Shown: positions 1-9,126, numbered from the stretch's first letter. The stretch: 64,000 nucleotides of DNA from an uncultured Chloroflexia bacterium (GCA_963748625.1 CAVVJT010000007.1:320001-384000), one strand, 5' to 3'. Notes: generated by a model not told the origin, from the letters alone. Translations and numbers: made by a program.

Positions 1-1
1 T

Positions 2-1096
2 CAGCTTCTTGCGCAGTGCGACAAGGAGCTGCTGCTGGCGGGCCGCACGCGTGAAGTCCGAGTCACCCGCCCCCTGGCGTGAGCGTACGTAGGCAAGCGC
101 CGTGCGGCCATCGAGATTCACCTTGCCGGCGTCAAGGTAGAAGCCGTGGGTGCCGTCAAGCCAGGCGTACTGCGGGTCGTTGATGGCCTTCTCGTTGTCC
201 ACGGTGACCCCGCCCACGGCATCGATCATCTTGCGGAACCCCTCGAGGTCGACGGCCGCGAAGTAGTGGATGGGCACGCCGATGATGTGGCCCACCGTGT
301 CGAGCAGCTCGGGGAACGGCTTCTGGTCGAAGTCCTCCGGGTGCCTGCGCACCCAGGTCATGAACGAGTTGATCTTGCCCTCGTACGTTCGACCGTCCGG
401 CAGCTCGAAGTTCGAGATGTCGCGCGGGATGCTCAGCATGGCCACGGAGCCGTCCGCCGGGTTGACGCTCACCACGAGCAGCGTGTCGGTGAGGGCGGTC
501 GTGCGTGACTCGGCCGAGTCCACGCCGGTCAGGAGGATGTTGATGCGCGAATCCGCGGTCTCGGGCGTGGCAACAGGCTCGACCTGGTAGTCGTCCGTGG
601 GCTCCGGCGTCGTGCCGCCGCTGCCGCCCGGCGCGCCCGACGGGTCCGCCGTCCCGCCGGAGGGGACCTGCTCTCCGTCGTCCGGTCCGCCGACGACAAA
701 GATGCGCGAACCCGCGTCGTAGACCGAGTAGGCCACGTAGCCTGCCGCGCCGTGGGGCACGATGACCAGCACCGCGAGGAACACGGTCACGACGACCGAT
801 ACGGCCGACAGGCCTCCATGCCGTCGCATGTACAACACCGCGTCCAGCATCGCGAAGAGGCGCCATGCCATGACCGCGAACACGAGGACCAGCCCCGTCA
901 TCGCACCCGAGGGCGTGATCAGGAACCCGAGGGCCGAGTTGGAATCCAGGATCCCGCCCACGAGGAGCGCCCCGGTGACGAGCAGGGCCGGAACGCCGAA
1001 GATGGCCGCCTCCCGGCGCCGGCCGAGATACAGGTGGCCGAGGCCCGGGAAGATGAAGGACAGCAGGGCGGCGACAGCCGCGGACTTCTTGGTCAT
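2..1096 (-). CDS. LCP (LytR-CpsA-Psr) family cell-wall glycopolymer transferase, 3' end runs off the window
   Basis: Manual translation from ATG at 1096: N-terminal TM segments (MTKKSAAVAALLSFIFPGLGHLYLG), then INILLTGVDS, TDTLLVVSVNP, MLSIPRD, GKINS, VDLEGFRKMIDAVGGV, ALAYVRSR, SDFTRAARQQQLL. Confidence 0.9.
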   Translation of the reverse strand, partial: MTKKSAAVAALLSFIFPGLGHLYLGRRREAAIFGVPALLVTGALLVGGILDSNSALGFLITPSGAMTGLVLVFAVMAWRLFAMLDAVLYMRRHGGLSAVSVVVTVFLAVLVIVPHGAAGYVAYSVYDAGSRIFVVGGPDDGEQVPSGGTADPSGAPGGSGGTTPEPTDDYQVEPVATPETADSRINILLTGVDSAESRTTALTDTLLVVSVNPADGSVAMLSIPRDISNFELPDGRTYEGKINSFMTWVRRHPEDFDQKPFPELLDTVGHIIGVPIHYFAAVDLEGFRKMIDAVGGVTVDNEKAINDPQYAWLDGTHGFYLDAGKVNLDGRTALAYVRSRQGAGDSDFTRAARQQQLLVALRKKL

Positions 1097-1222
1097 ATCC
1101 CCCACTTGAGAACGTGGCAGCAGGCGGTGAGGCGGATCGGGAGCGTATCCCGTGCTGACTGCACCAGACACCACCCAAACGTACCAGTCCCGCGGCTCCC
1201 CACAGCCTCAAGACCGGGTGCG

Positions 1223-1228
1223 AGTATA
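1223..1228 (-). promoter_or_regulatory. Putative -10 element (TATACT) for the LCP gene
   Basis: Near-consensus AT-rich hexamer in a GC-rich intergenic region, about 125 nt upstream of the LCP start. Confidence 0.45.
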
Positions 1229-1310
1229 GCCGCAACCTTCGTCAGTGCCGTCCGGGCCGTATGGCACGTTTCGCCCCGGCGAGGATGCCTGCGGCCGCAT
1301 GCCCCAGCGG

Positions 1311-1895
1311 CTACGCGCCCCACCGGAACCGCTCCGCCTCCGGACGGGCGAGCCAGTCCGCAAGGGTCCCGGCGGCGGCATCCTTGGGCGAGAGCTGGGC
1401 TGCACCGGCGTCCACGGGCCACGCGATCCCGAGCGCCGGGTCGTCCCAGCGGATGCCCGTCTCGGCGGCCGGGTTGTAGCCCGCCGTGCAGAAGTACTCG
1501 ATCTCGGTCACGTCGGCGAGCGCACAGAAGCCGCGGGCGAACGTGGCCGGCGCCCAGAACAGGACGGGCTCGTCCGCGGAGCCCTCGAGGGTCACCACCT
1601 GCCCCAGCGTGGGCGAGCCGGGCCGGATGTCGGCGGCGACCATGAGGGCACGGCCGGTCACCACGCGCATGAGCTTGCCCTGCGGTGGATCCCACTGGAA
1701 GTGCAGGCCGCGGACCACGCCGCGCGTGGAGCGCGACTGGTTGACCTGGACGAACCGGGTCGGGAGGCCGAGACCGAGCGTCTCGAACTGGTCGGTCTGG
1801 GCGATCTCGGCGAACCAGCCGCGCTCGTCGCCGAAGCGGCGGGGACGGACGACCAGGACGTCCGGGATTGCCGTCCGCTCGATCTCGAAGGGCAT
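1311..1895 (-). CDS. rfbC: dTDP-4-dehydrorhamnose 3,5-epimerase
   Basis: FGDERGWFAE, QVNQSRSTRGVVRGLHFQ, QGKLMRV, DIRPGSPT, IRWDDPALGIAWP motifs. Confidence 0.92.
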   Translation of the reverse strand: MPFEIERTAIPDVLVVRPRRFGDERGWFAEIAQTDQFETLGLGLPTRFVQVNQSRSTRGVVRGLHFQWDPPQGKLMRVVTGRALMVAADIRPGSPTLGQVVTLEGSADEPVLFWAPATFARGFCALADVTEIEYFCTAGYNPAAETGIRWDDPALGIAWPVDAGAAQLSPKDAAAGTLADWLARPEAERFRWGA

Positions 1896-1897
1896 GG

Positions 1898-2647
1898 CTA
1901 CATCATCACCAGGCCGCCGTCCACCGCGAGCACCTGGCCCGTGATGTACGCCGCCTCGTCAGAGGCGAGGAACGCGACCGCGTTGGCGATCTCCTCGGTC
2001 GTGCCGAAGCGGCCCAGCGGCGTGCGCTCGGTGATCTGCGCCATGAGGGCCTCGGGCAGATCCTGTGTGAGCTCGGTGAGGACGAACCCCGGGGCAACGG
2101 CATTCACCGTGATGCCGCGCGACGCGAGTTCCCTGGCGGCGGCCTTCGTGAGGCCGATCAGGCCGGCCTTGGCGGACGAGTAGTTGGCCTGGCCCATCTG
2201 GCCGGCCTGCCCCGAGACGGACGTGATGTTGATGATCCGTCCGCTGCGGGCCTTGAGCATGGGGCGGGTCACGGCCTTGAGCGCCCAGAACGCACCGGAG
2301 AGGTTCGTCTCCAGCACGTCGATCCACTCGTCGGCGCCCATCCGCATGATGAGGTTGTCGCGCGTGATGCCGGCGTTGTTGACCAGGATGTCGATCTTGC
2401 CGAAGGCCTCCAGCACGGCCTTGACGAGCGCCTCGGCGCCCGCCTGCTCCCGGGCATCGGCCTGGACGGCCAGCGCCTTGCGGCCCAGGGCCTCGACGGC
2501 CGCGACCACCTCGCCGGCCGCGGCGGCATTGCCCTTGTAGCTGAACGCCACATCGGCGCCCTGCGTGGCGAGGCGCAGGACGATCGCCCGGCCGATGCCC
2601 CGCGAGCCTCCGGTGACGAGTGCGGTCTTGCCGGTCAGGTCGATCAT
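1898..2647 (-). CDS. fabG: 3-oxoacyl-ACP reductase
   Basis: Start MIDLTGKTALVTGGSRGIG; NNAGITRD, GQANYSSAKAG (YxxxK), NAVAPGF; fab operon context. Confidence 0.95.
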   Translation of the reverse strand: MIDLTGKTALVTGGSRGIGRAIVLRLATQGADVAFSYKGNAAAAGEVVAAVEALGRKALAVQADAREQAGAEALVKAVLEAFGKIDILVNNAGITRDNLIMRMGADEWIDVLETNLSGAFWALKAVTRPMLKARSGRIINITSVSGQAGQMGQANYSSAKAGLIGLTKAAARELASRGITVNAVAPGFVLTELTQDLPEALMAQITERTPLGRFGTTEEIANAVAFLASDEAAYITGQVLAVDGGLVMM

Positions 2648-2664
2648 GGGACGGTTCCTCGGGT

Positions 2665-3855
2665 TCAGCGGAGGTGGGCGTGCTCGGGCTCGCCGGGCAC
2701 GACGTCGGAGAGGTCCAGGTGGCCGGGCAGCGGGCGGTCGAGCACCTCGGCGAGGACCGCCGGGATGGGATCCACGGAGTCCCGGTTCAACGGCAGCCTG
2801 ACGTGGACATCCTCGGGGCGGACGGCGTCGTCGGCGTCGCGCCCCCGAGCCGGGTCCGCCGTCCACTCGAGGGCCACGGCCCCCGACGTGAAGCCGGCCC
2901 CGAAGGCGACGAAGACGAGCTTGTCGCCAACCCGCACGCGCCCCTCGTTGACCGCCTCGGCGAGCGCGATCGGCACGGACGCCGCGGACGTGTTGCCGTA
3001 GCGGTGGAGGTTCACGTAGATCTTGTCCATCGAGAGGTCGAGGCCCTTGGCCACCGCCTCGATGATCCGCATGTTCGCCTGGTGCGGGATGATCAGGTCC
3101 ACGTCGTCCTGGGTCCAGCCGGCCTTGCCGACCGCGGCCAGCGCGGTGGAGGCGAGCGTCCGGGTCGCGAACCGGTACGTCTCCTTGCCCTCCATCCGGA
3201 TCTTGTGCTCCTTGCGGTCGATCGTGCCGGAGGACGGCGGGCTCGCGGACCCCCCGGCGGGCAGCCAGATCATGTAGGCGCCCTGGGGATCGGTGGTGAG
3301 CTCGATGCCCACGGTGGATGTCGGCTCGTCGGTGGCCGAGAGGACCACGGCGCCCGCGCCGTCGCCGAAGAGGATGCAGGTGCCCCGGTCCTCGTAGTCG
3401 AGGAAGCGGGTCAGCAGCTCCGCGCCGATGACCAGGACATGGTTCGCCATCCCGGCCTGGAGGTACGCGGTTGCCGTCGAGTAGGCGAAGACGAAGCCCG
3501 AGCAGGCCGCCGACACGTCGAACGCCGGCGCCCGGGTGTTGCCGATCGCCTCCTTGACCAGCGCCGCGGTGGAGGGCATCCAGTAATCCGGCGTCAGCGT
3601 GGCAAGCACGATCAGGTCGATGTCGTCGGGAACGAGGCCGGCCGTGTGGATGGCCCGCAGGCCGGCGACCGCGGCCATGGAGGCCGTGGTCTCGTCCCGT
3701 CCGGCGACCCGCCGCTCGCGGATGCCGGTGCGGGTGACGATCCACTCGTCGGAGGTGTCCACCATCCGCTCGAGGTCCGCGTTCGTGAGCACCTGCGCCG
3801 GGGCGTAGCGGCCCCAGCCCGTGAGCCGGACGGCGCGGGTGGGTGCGCCGGTCAT
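2665..3855 (-). CDS. fabH: beta-ketoacyl-ACP synthase III, with a C-terminal extension
   Basis: DTSDEWIVTRTGIRERR, AACSGF, ILFGDGAGA, PHQANMRII, GNTSAASVP, FGAGFT. Confidence 0.95.
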   Translation of the reverse strand: MTGAPTRAVRLTGWGRYAPAQVLTNADLERMVDTSDEWIVTRTGIRERRVAGRDETTASMAAVAGLRAIHTAGLVPDDIDLIVLATLTPDYWMPSTAALVKEAIGNTRAPAFDVSAACSGFVFAYSTATAYLQAGMANHVLVIGAELLTRFLDYEDRGTCILFGDGAGAVVLSATDEPTSTVGIELTTDPQGAYMIWLPAGGSASPPSSGTIDRKEHKIRMEGKETYRFATRTLASTALAAVGKAGWTQDDVDLIIPHQANMRIIEAVAKGLDLSMDKIYVNLHRYGNTSAASVPIALAEAVNEGRVRVGDKLVFVAFGAGFTSGAVALEWTADPARGRDADDAVRPEDVHVRLPLNRDSVDPIPAVLAEVLDRPLPGHLDLSDVVPGEPEHAHLR

Positions 3856-4427
3856 GCGGGCTCCACCTCGATCAGCGGGCTCTTCGCCTTGACCAGGGCG
3901 CCGTTCTCGGCACAGATCCGCACGACGCGCCCGGCAAGGTCGCTCTTGATCTCGTTGAACAGCTTCATGGCCTCGATCAGCCCGATGATCTGGCCGACCG
4001 ACACGTGGTCGCCCACCTTGACGTACGCCGTGGCTCCGGGGGAGGGGGCGCCGTAGTAGATGCCGGTGAGCGGCGCCTTGACGGAGGGCTTCACGGCCGC
4101 CGGTGCAGCGCTGGCTGCAGCAGCCGCGTGCGCCGCCGTCGAGGGGGCGTGCATGAGGGCTGTGGCGGCCTCGTGCGGGCCTGCCTCCGCGGCGGCGACC
4201 GCCGCGACGACGGGCCGCTCCAGCGATGCGGCGGAGCGCAGGATCACGGTCGTCCCGCCCGCGGTGACCTCCAGCTCGCCGAGGTCGCTCTTCTCGAGCA
4301 CGGCGGCGAGCCGGTCCACGAGGGCCAGGAGCGACGCGTCGCCACCGGCCGCGGCGCTCGCAGCCTGGCTGACCTCGCGCTGGCCGTCCTCGGCGGGCTC
4401 CTCGCGCGGTTCCTGCTGCTCGCTCAT
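3852..4427 (-). CDS. accB: Acetyl-CoA carboxylase biotin carboxyl carrier protein (biotinylatable copy)
   Basis: LGELEV N-terminal motif, Ala-rich linker, APLTGIYYGAPSPG thumb, IEAMKLFNEI biotin lysine motif. Confidence 0.92.
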   Translation of the reverse strand: MSEQQEPREEPAEDGQREVSQAASAAAGGDASLLALVDRLAAVLEKSDLGELEVTAGGTTVILRSAASLERPVVAAVAAAEAGPHEAATALMHAPSTAAHAAAAASAAPAAVKPSVKAPLTGIYYGAPSPGATAYVKVGDHVSVGQIIGLIEAMKLFNEIKSDLAGRVVRICAENGALVKAKSPLIEVEPA

Positions 4428-5695
4428 GCGTCCCACCTCCGGAAGACCAGGGCGGTGTTCTGGCCGCCGAACCCGAACGAGTTGGACATCGCGACGGGGA
4501 TGTCGCGACGGGCGGCCGAGCCGGGCGTCAGGTCGAGGCCCTCGGCGTAGTCGTCGGGATTCTCCAGGTTGAGCGTGGGCGGCACCACGCCGTCGCGCAT
4601 CGCCAGGATGGTGACGATCGCCTCCACCGCACCCGCGGCACCCAGCGTGTGCCCCAGCGCGGACTTGGTGGCGGTGACCGCGACGGCACCGGCGTGCTCG
4701 CCGAAGATGGTCCGGATCGCCTGCAGCTCCGCCTTGTCGCCCTCGGGTGTGGAGGTGGCGTGGGCGTTCACGTGCAGGACCTCGGACGGGTCGATCCCCG
4801 CCTTCGCCAGGGCCTTGCGTGCCGCGCGCACCGCGCCGATCCCGCCCGGGGCCGGCAGCGTGATGTGGGAGGCGTCGGCGGTGGCCCCGTAGCCCACCAG
4901 CTCGGCGAGCGGGGTCGCCCCACGGGCCTCGGCATGCTCGAGCGCCTCGAGCACCACGACCCCGCAGCCCTCGCCCAGCACGAAGCCGTCGCGGCCCTTG
5001 TCGAACGGGCGCGAGGCGCGCTCGGGGGCGTCGTTGCGGGTGGAGAGCGCCTTCATCGACGAGAAGCCGCCGACCGTCGCCTCGTGGACGCCGGCCTCGA
5101 CCCCACCTGCGAGCATCACGTCCGCGTCGCCGCGGCGGATGGTCTCCCAGGCCTCGCCCAGCGCGTGGCCCCCCGTCGCACAGGCCGAGACCGTGGCGAA
5201 GTTCGGACCGATGGCCCCGGTCGCGATCGCGATCTGCCCGGCGCCGACGTTGGAGATGCCCATCGGGATGAAGAAGGGGCTGATCCGGTCCGGGCCCTGC
5301 TCGCCCATCTTGAGCACGTTGTCGAACAGCGTGTGGACGCCCCCCAGGCCGGAGCCAAGGATCACGCCCGTGCGCTCGGCCAGCTCGTCCTCAAGCCGCT
5401 CCGGAAGGCCAGCCTGGTCCATCGCCTGGCGCGCGCACACGAGGCCGAACTGGATGTAGCGATCCGTCCGGCGCATCTCCTTGCGATCGAGGACGGCCGA
5501 CGGGTCGAAGTCTTTCACCTCGCCGGCGATCTTCGAGTCCACCCGGGCAGGGTCGAACTGCGCGATCACGGCGACGCCGGAGCGGCCCGCGACGAGCGCC
5601 TCCCACGTTGTGGCGACGTCGTTGCCCAAGGCCGACACCATGCCCATGCCCGTGACGACGACACGCCGCGGCTGCAGCGGCCAGGACCAGCTCAT
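4424..5695 (-). CDS. fabF: beta-ketoacyl-ACP synthase II
   Basis: RRVVVTGMG, SACATG, ASRPFDKGRDGFVLGEG, NAHATST, KSALGHTLGAAG, SNSFGFGGQN; ATGA overlap with upstream stop. Confidence 0.95.
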   Translation of the reverse strand: MSWSWPLQPRRVVVTGMGMVSALGNDVATTWEALVAGRSGVAVIAQFDPARVDSKIAGEVKDFDPSAVLDRKEMRRTDRYIQFGLVCARQAMDQAGLPERLEDELAERTGVILGSGLGGVHTLFDNVLKMGEQGPDRISPFFIPMGISNVGAGQIAIATGAIGPNFATVSACATGGHALGEAWETIRRGDADVMLAGGVEAGVHEATVGGFSSMKALSTRNDAPERASRPFDKGRDGFVLGEGCGVVVLEALEHAEARGATPLAELVGYGATADASHITLPAPGGIGAVRAARKALAKAGIDPSEVLHVNAHATSTPEGDKAELQAIRTIFGEHAGAVAVTATKSALGHTLGAAGAVEAIVTILAMRDGVVPPTLNLENPDDYAEGLDLTPGSAARRDIPVAMSNSFGFGGQNTALVFRRWDA

Positions 5696-6438
5696 CGGAC
5701 CAGCTTCCCCGTGCGGACGGTGGCGGCGCGGTAGACATCGCCAGGCAGGCCCCGCGCCGAGATCGCATTGGCGACCGGGAGCACGTCGTAGGGCGTGCGC
5801 TTGATCTCCGCGGTCACGTTGCCCTCGTGGATGTCCACCATCGCCCAGGATGCGGTCGGGTCCCCGTCGAACACGTAGCCCGCCGACCCGGCGTTGACGA
5901 TGACCTTCCAGCCGAGGTCGCGGACCTCGGGCACGTGCGTGTGGCCCACACAGATCACGCGGGCGTCGGTGCCGGCGGCCCGTTCGAAGATGATGTTGGC
6001 GTCGAGCGCCTGGTCGAAACCGCGGGTCTGGGACCCGGGCGATCCGTGGACCACGAGGACCAGGGTGTCGTCCACGGTGCGCATCCGGCGCTCGGCCGGG
6101 AGGCGGCGGAGCCAGTCCAACTGGGCATCGCCCAGCTCGTCGTGCGCCCATTCGGCAGCCGCCGTGACGATCTCGGGGACCCCGTCCTGGTACTGCGGGA
6201 ACGCGGCGCCGTAGTCGAAGTCACCCACGGCGATATCCGTGTTGCCCGACACGATCAGCGCACCTTCGGACTCGAGGAAGCGCAGGGCGTCCACGCAGCC
6301 GTTGGGATCGGGCCCGTTGAGGACAAGGTCCCCCGCCACCAGCACGCCGTCGGGCTTGATGCGCCGGATCTCGGCGGCAACCGCCTCGAGGGCGGCCAGG
6401 TTGCCGTGGATGTCGGAGAGGACGGCGATGCGGGTCAC
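5692..6438 (-). CDS. Calcineurin-like metallophosphoesterase (YfcE/MJ0912 type)
   Basis: SDIHGNLAALEAV, GDLV, GNTD, HGSP, GHTH, NAGSAG motifs. Confidence 0.88.
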   Translation of the reverse strand: MTRIAVLSDIHGNLAALEAVAAEIRRIKPDGVLVAGDLVLNGPDPNGCVDALRFLESEGALIVSGNTDIAVGDFDYGAAFPQYQDGVPEIVTAAAEWAHDELGDAQLDWLRRLPAERRMRTVDDTLVLVVHGSPGSQTRGFDQALDANIIFERAAGTDARVICVGHTHVPEVRDLGWKVIVNAGSAGYVFDGDPTASWAMVDIHEGNVTAEIKRTPYDVLPVANAISARGLPGDVYRAATVRTGKLVR

Positions 6439-6556
6439 TGGGCCACCTCCCGGGCCTGCCAGGACGGTGCAGCGCAAGGCGGAGCCGAGCACCGGAGCGA
6501 GCGCACCCGCAGGTGCGTGAGCGAGGAAGCGGAGGCGACAACGCCGCGATGTGCCG

Positions 6557-7072
6557 TCATCGCAGGACCCCGGCCGGAGGGATGATGAAGGAGAGGAGGC
6601 CCTCGCAGGCCACTTCCCCATCGACCGTCGCGACGCCGCGGCCCTTGCCGAAGCGGCTGCCGAGCTTCTCCATCGTGATCTCGAGGCGGAGCACATCGCC
6701 CGGCACGACGACCCGCTTGAACCGGACGTCGTCGATGCCGGCGAACAGCCCGATCCTGTCGCCGAAGCCCGGCTGGTTCGCGACGTAGCAGGCCATGACC
6801 TGGGCGAGCGCCTCCACCTGGAGGACGCCCGGCATCACCGGCAGGCCCGGGAAGTGGCCCCCGAAGAACCACTCGGTCGCGGTGACGGCCTTGATGCCGA
6901 CGATGCGCTTGGCTGCCGGCTCGTACTCCACGACGCGGTCAACGAGCAGGAACGGCCAGCGGTGCGGAATGAGGCTCTCGATCTGGCGGACCGAGAACGG
7001 CGCGGCCATCGAGGGCGCGGCTGCGTCGGGCGGCGAAGCGTTGGGCGAGGCGTCAGGCGTGGCGTCGGTCAC
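6557..7072 (-). CDS. fabZ: 3-hydroxyacyl-ACP dehydratase
   Basis: IPHRWPFLLVDRV, FFGGHFPGLPVMPGVLQVEALAQ, RFKRVVVPGD; start uncertain (7072 GTG or 7084 TTG). Confidence 0.94.
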   Translation of the reverse strand: MTDATPDASPNASPPDAAAPSMAAPFSVRQIESLIPHRWPFLLVDRVVEYEPAAKRIVGIKAVTATEWFFGGHFPGLPVMPGVLQVEALAQVMACYVANQPGFGDRIGLFAGIDDVRFKRVVVPGDVLRLEITMEKLGSRFGKGRGVATVDGEVACEGLLSFIIPPAGVLR

Positions 7073-7176
7073 GAGCGGCTCCAAGGGGTTGTCAGCGGGG
7101 GGAAGCGTGCGGGATCGGGGCGGCCACGGGCATGCGGGTCCGTGCAGGGCTGCACGTGCCGTGGGCGGCCCGGCGG

Positions 7177-7223
7177 ATCACGAGGACCGCTCCGCGGCGC
7201 ATCAAGAGGACCGCTCCGCGGCG
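7177..7223. repeat. 24-bp-period tandem duplication of the accC 3' end
   Basis: atcacgaggaccgctccgcggcg (7177-7199) versus atcaagaggaccgctccgcggcg (7201-7223). Confidence 0.8.
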
Positions 7224-8572
7224 GCCAGGAAGGCGGCGCTGCCGATGCGGTCCATGAGATTCGTGGTGAAGCGGCCTTCCAGGAAGGGCTCGGAGACGAG
7301 CAGTGCGCGGTGGATCGCGGTGTTGGTCACCACGCCCTCGATCACCAGCTCGCTCAGGGCGGCCTTGCCGCGGGCGATCGCCGCCTCGCGCGTGGGCGCC
7401 CAGACGATCAGCTTGCCCAGGAGCGAGTCGTAGTAGGGCGGGATCTCGTAGCCGGAGTAGGCGTGCGAATCGAAGCGCACCCCGGGCCCGCCCGGGGCGT
7501 TGAAGCGCTCGATGGTGCCCGCGCCCGGCCGGAAGTCGTGCTCGGGGTCCTCAGCGTTGATCCGGAACTCGATGGCGTGGCCATCCTGGCGGACGTCGGC
7601 CTGGGTGAAGCCGAGTGGCTCGCCGGCCGCGATCCGGATCTGGGTTGCCACGAGGTCGATGCCGGTCAGCATCTCGGTGACCGGGTGCTCCACCTGGATG
7701 CGGCAGTTGATCTCGATGAAGTAGGCGTTCCCGTCGTTGTCAACGAGGAACTCCAGCGTGCCCACGTTCTCGTAGCCCGCGGCGACCACCGCCTTGATGG
7801 CGCGGTCGGCGAGCGCCGCGCGCCCGGCCGGGGTCATCGCGGGGGATGGGGACTCCTCGAGGATCTTCTGGTGGCGGCGCTGGATGGAGCAGTCGCGCTC
7901 CCAGAGGTGCACGCCGTTCCCGTGCTGGTCCACGGCCACCTGGATCTCGACGTGGCGGTTGTCCTCCAGCCACTTCTCGAGGTACAGGGCGTCGTCGCCG
8001 AAGGCCGCCTTGGCCTCCGACCGGCAGATCGGCAGGACCGCGGCCAGCTCGCGCGCGGAGCGGACCATGCGCATGCCCTTGCCACCGCCGCCCGCGGAGG
8101 GCTTGAGCAGGACGGGATAGCCCACGCGCTCCGCGGCCTCGAGGGCGTCGGCCTCGTCGGCCAGGAGTCCAGAGCCGGGGACGGTCGGCAGGCCGTGGGC
8201 GGCCAGCAGGCGGCGCACCTCCTCCTTGGAGGCGAACCGCTCGAGGACGCCCGCCGACGGGCCGATGAAGGTGAGGCCATGGGCGCGCACCGCGTCGGCG
8301 AAGGCGTCGTCCTCCGAGAGGAAGCCGTAGCCCGGGTGGATCGCGTCACAGCCGGTGACCAGGGCGGCCGAGATGACGGCCGGCGCCGAGAGGTACGAGC
8401 GACGCGCGTCCGCGGGCCCGATGCAGATCGCCTCGTCGGCGAGGAGCGCGGCCAGCGAGTGGCGGTCGGCCTCGGAGTAGGCCACGACGGCCTCGATGCC
8501 CAGCGTGCGGCAGGCGCGCAGGATGCGCAGCGCGATCTCGCCCCGGTTGGCGATGAGGACGCGGCTGATCAC
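7202..8572 (-). CDS. accC: Acetyl-CoA carboxylase biotin carboxylase subunit
   Basis: LIANRGEIALR, IHPGYGFLSE, GGGGKGMR, ERDCSIQRRHQK, RIQVEHPVTE, YYDSLLGKLI. Confidence 0.96.
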   Translation of the reverse strand: MISRVLIANRGEIALRILRACRTLGIEAVVAYSEADRHSLAALLADEAICIGPADARRSYLSAPAVISAALVTGCDAIHPGYGFLSEDDAFADAVRAHGLTFIGPSAGVLERFASKEEVRRLLAAHGLPTVPGSGLLADEADALEAAERVGYPVLLKPSAGGGGKGMRMVRSARELAAVLPICRSEAKAAFGDDALYLEKWLEDNRHVEIQVAVDQHGNGVHLWERDCSIQRRHQKILEESPSPAMTPAGRAALADRAIKAVVAAGYENVGTLEFLVDNDGNAYFIEINCRIQVEHPVTEMLTGIDLVATQIRIAAGEPLGFTQADVRQDGHAIEFRINAEDPEHDFRPGAGTIERFNAPGGPGVRFDSHAYSGYEIPPYYDSLLGKLIVWAPTREAAIARGKAALSELVIEGVVTNTAIHRALLVSEPFLEGRFTTNLMDRIGSAAFLAAAERSS

Positions 8573-9123
8573 GAGCCGCCCTCCTCGCTGCCGTCATCGT
8601 CGGGATCGTGGAGCTCCACGGGTGCCTCGACGGCGGCGATCTCCTCGCCGTACTCGACCGCCTCGCCGGTCTGGACGAAGACCTCCACGACGGTGCCGTC
8701 GATGGGTGCCACGACGTCCTGCGGGATCCCGAGGAGGTCCACCGTGGCGATCCGGTCGCCAGTGCGGACGCGGGCACCCACCTGCGCGATCGCCTTGAAC
8801 ACCCCGACGGTGGGGGCGGTGGCGACGCCGCGCTTGCGATCGCTCGCGGGGGTGGTGGCGGCATGCGGCACGGTCGGGCGTTCGGCCGCGACCGGCGCGT
8901 TGGGCCGGGCGCGCTCGCTCCGCCTGGCAGCCGGCGTCGCGTGGGGGGTGCGGCGGAGCCGGATCCTCCAGTCGCCCTCGTGGATCTCCAGCTCGCCCAG
9001 GCCGGACGTCGAGAGCTTGGCGACAAGGGCCGGCACGAGGGTGTCGGAGAGATGGGCGAGCGAGGCATGGTCGGCCTGCCGGTCTGCGGCGGTCCGGTCG
9101 CTCAGGTGGCGCGGTTCGGGCAT
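8569..9123 (-). CDS. BCCP-like biotinyl/lipoyl-fold protein lacking the biotin-accepting lysine (BADC-like)
   Basis: BCCP N-terminal motif LGELEIHEGDWRIRLRR; C-terminal APTVGVF...VDLLGIPQDVVAPIDGTVVEVFVQTGEAVEYG, where LLG replaces AMK; lies between accA and accC. Confidence 0.85.
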   Translation of the reverse strand: MPEPRHLSDRTAADRQADHASLAHLSDTLVPALVAKLSTSGLGELEIHEGDWRIRLRRTPHATPAARRSERARPNAPVAAERPTVPHAATTPASDRKRGVATAPTVGVFKAIAQVGARVRTGDRIATVDLLGIPQDVVAPIDGTVVEVFVQTGEAVEYGEEIAAVEAPVELHDPDDDGSEEGGS

Positions 9124-9126
9124 CGG

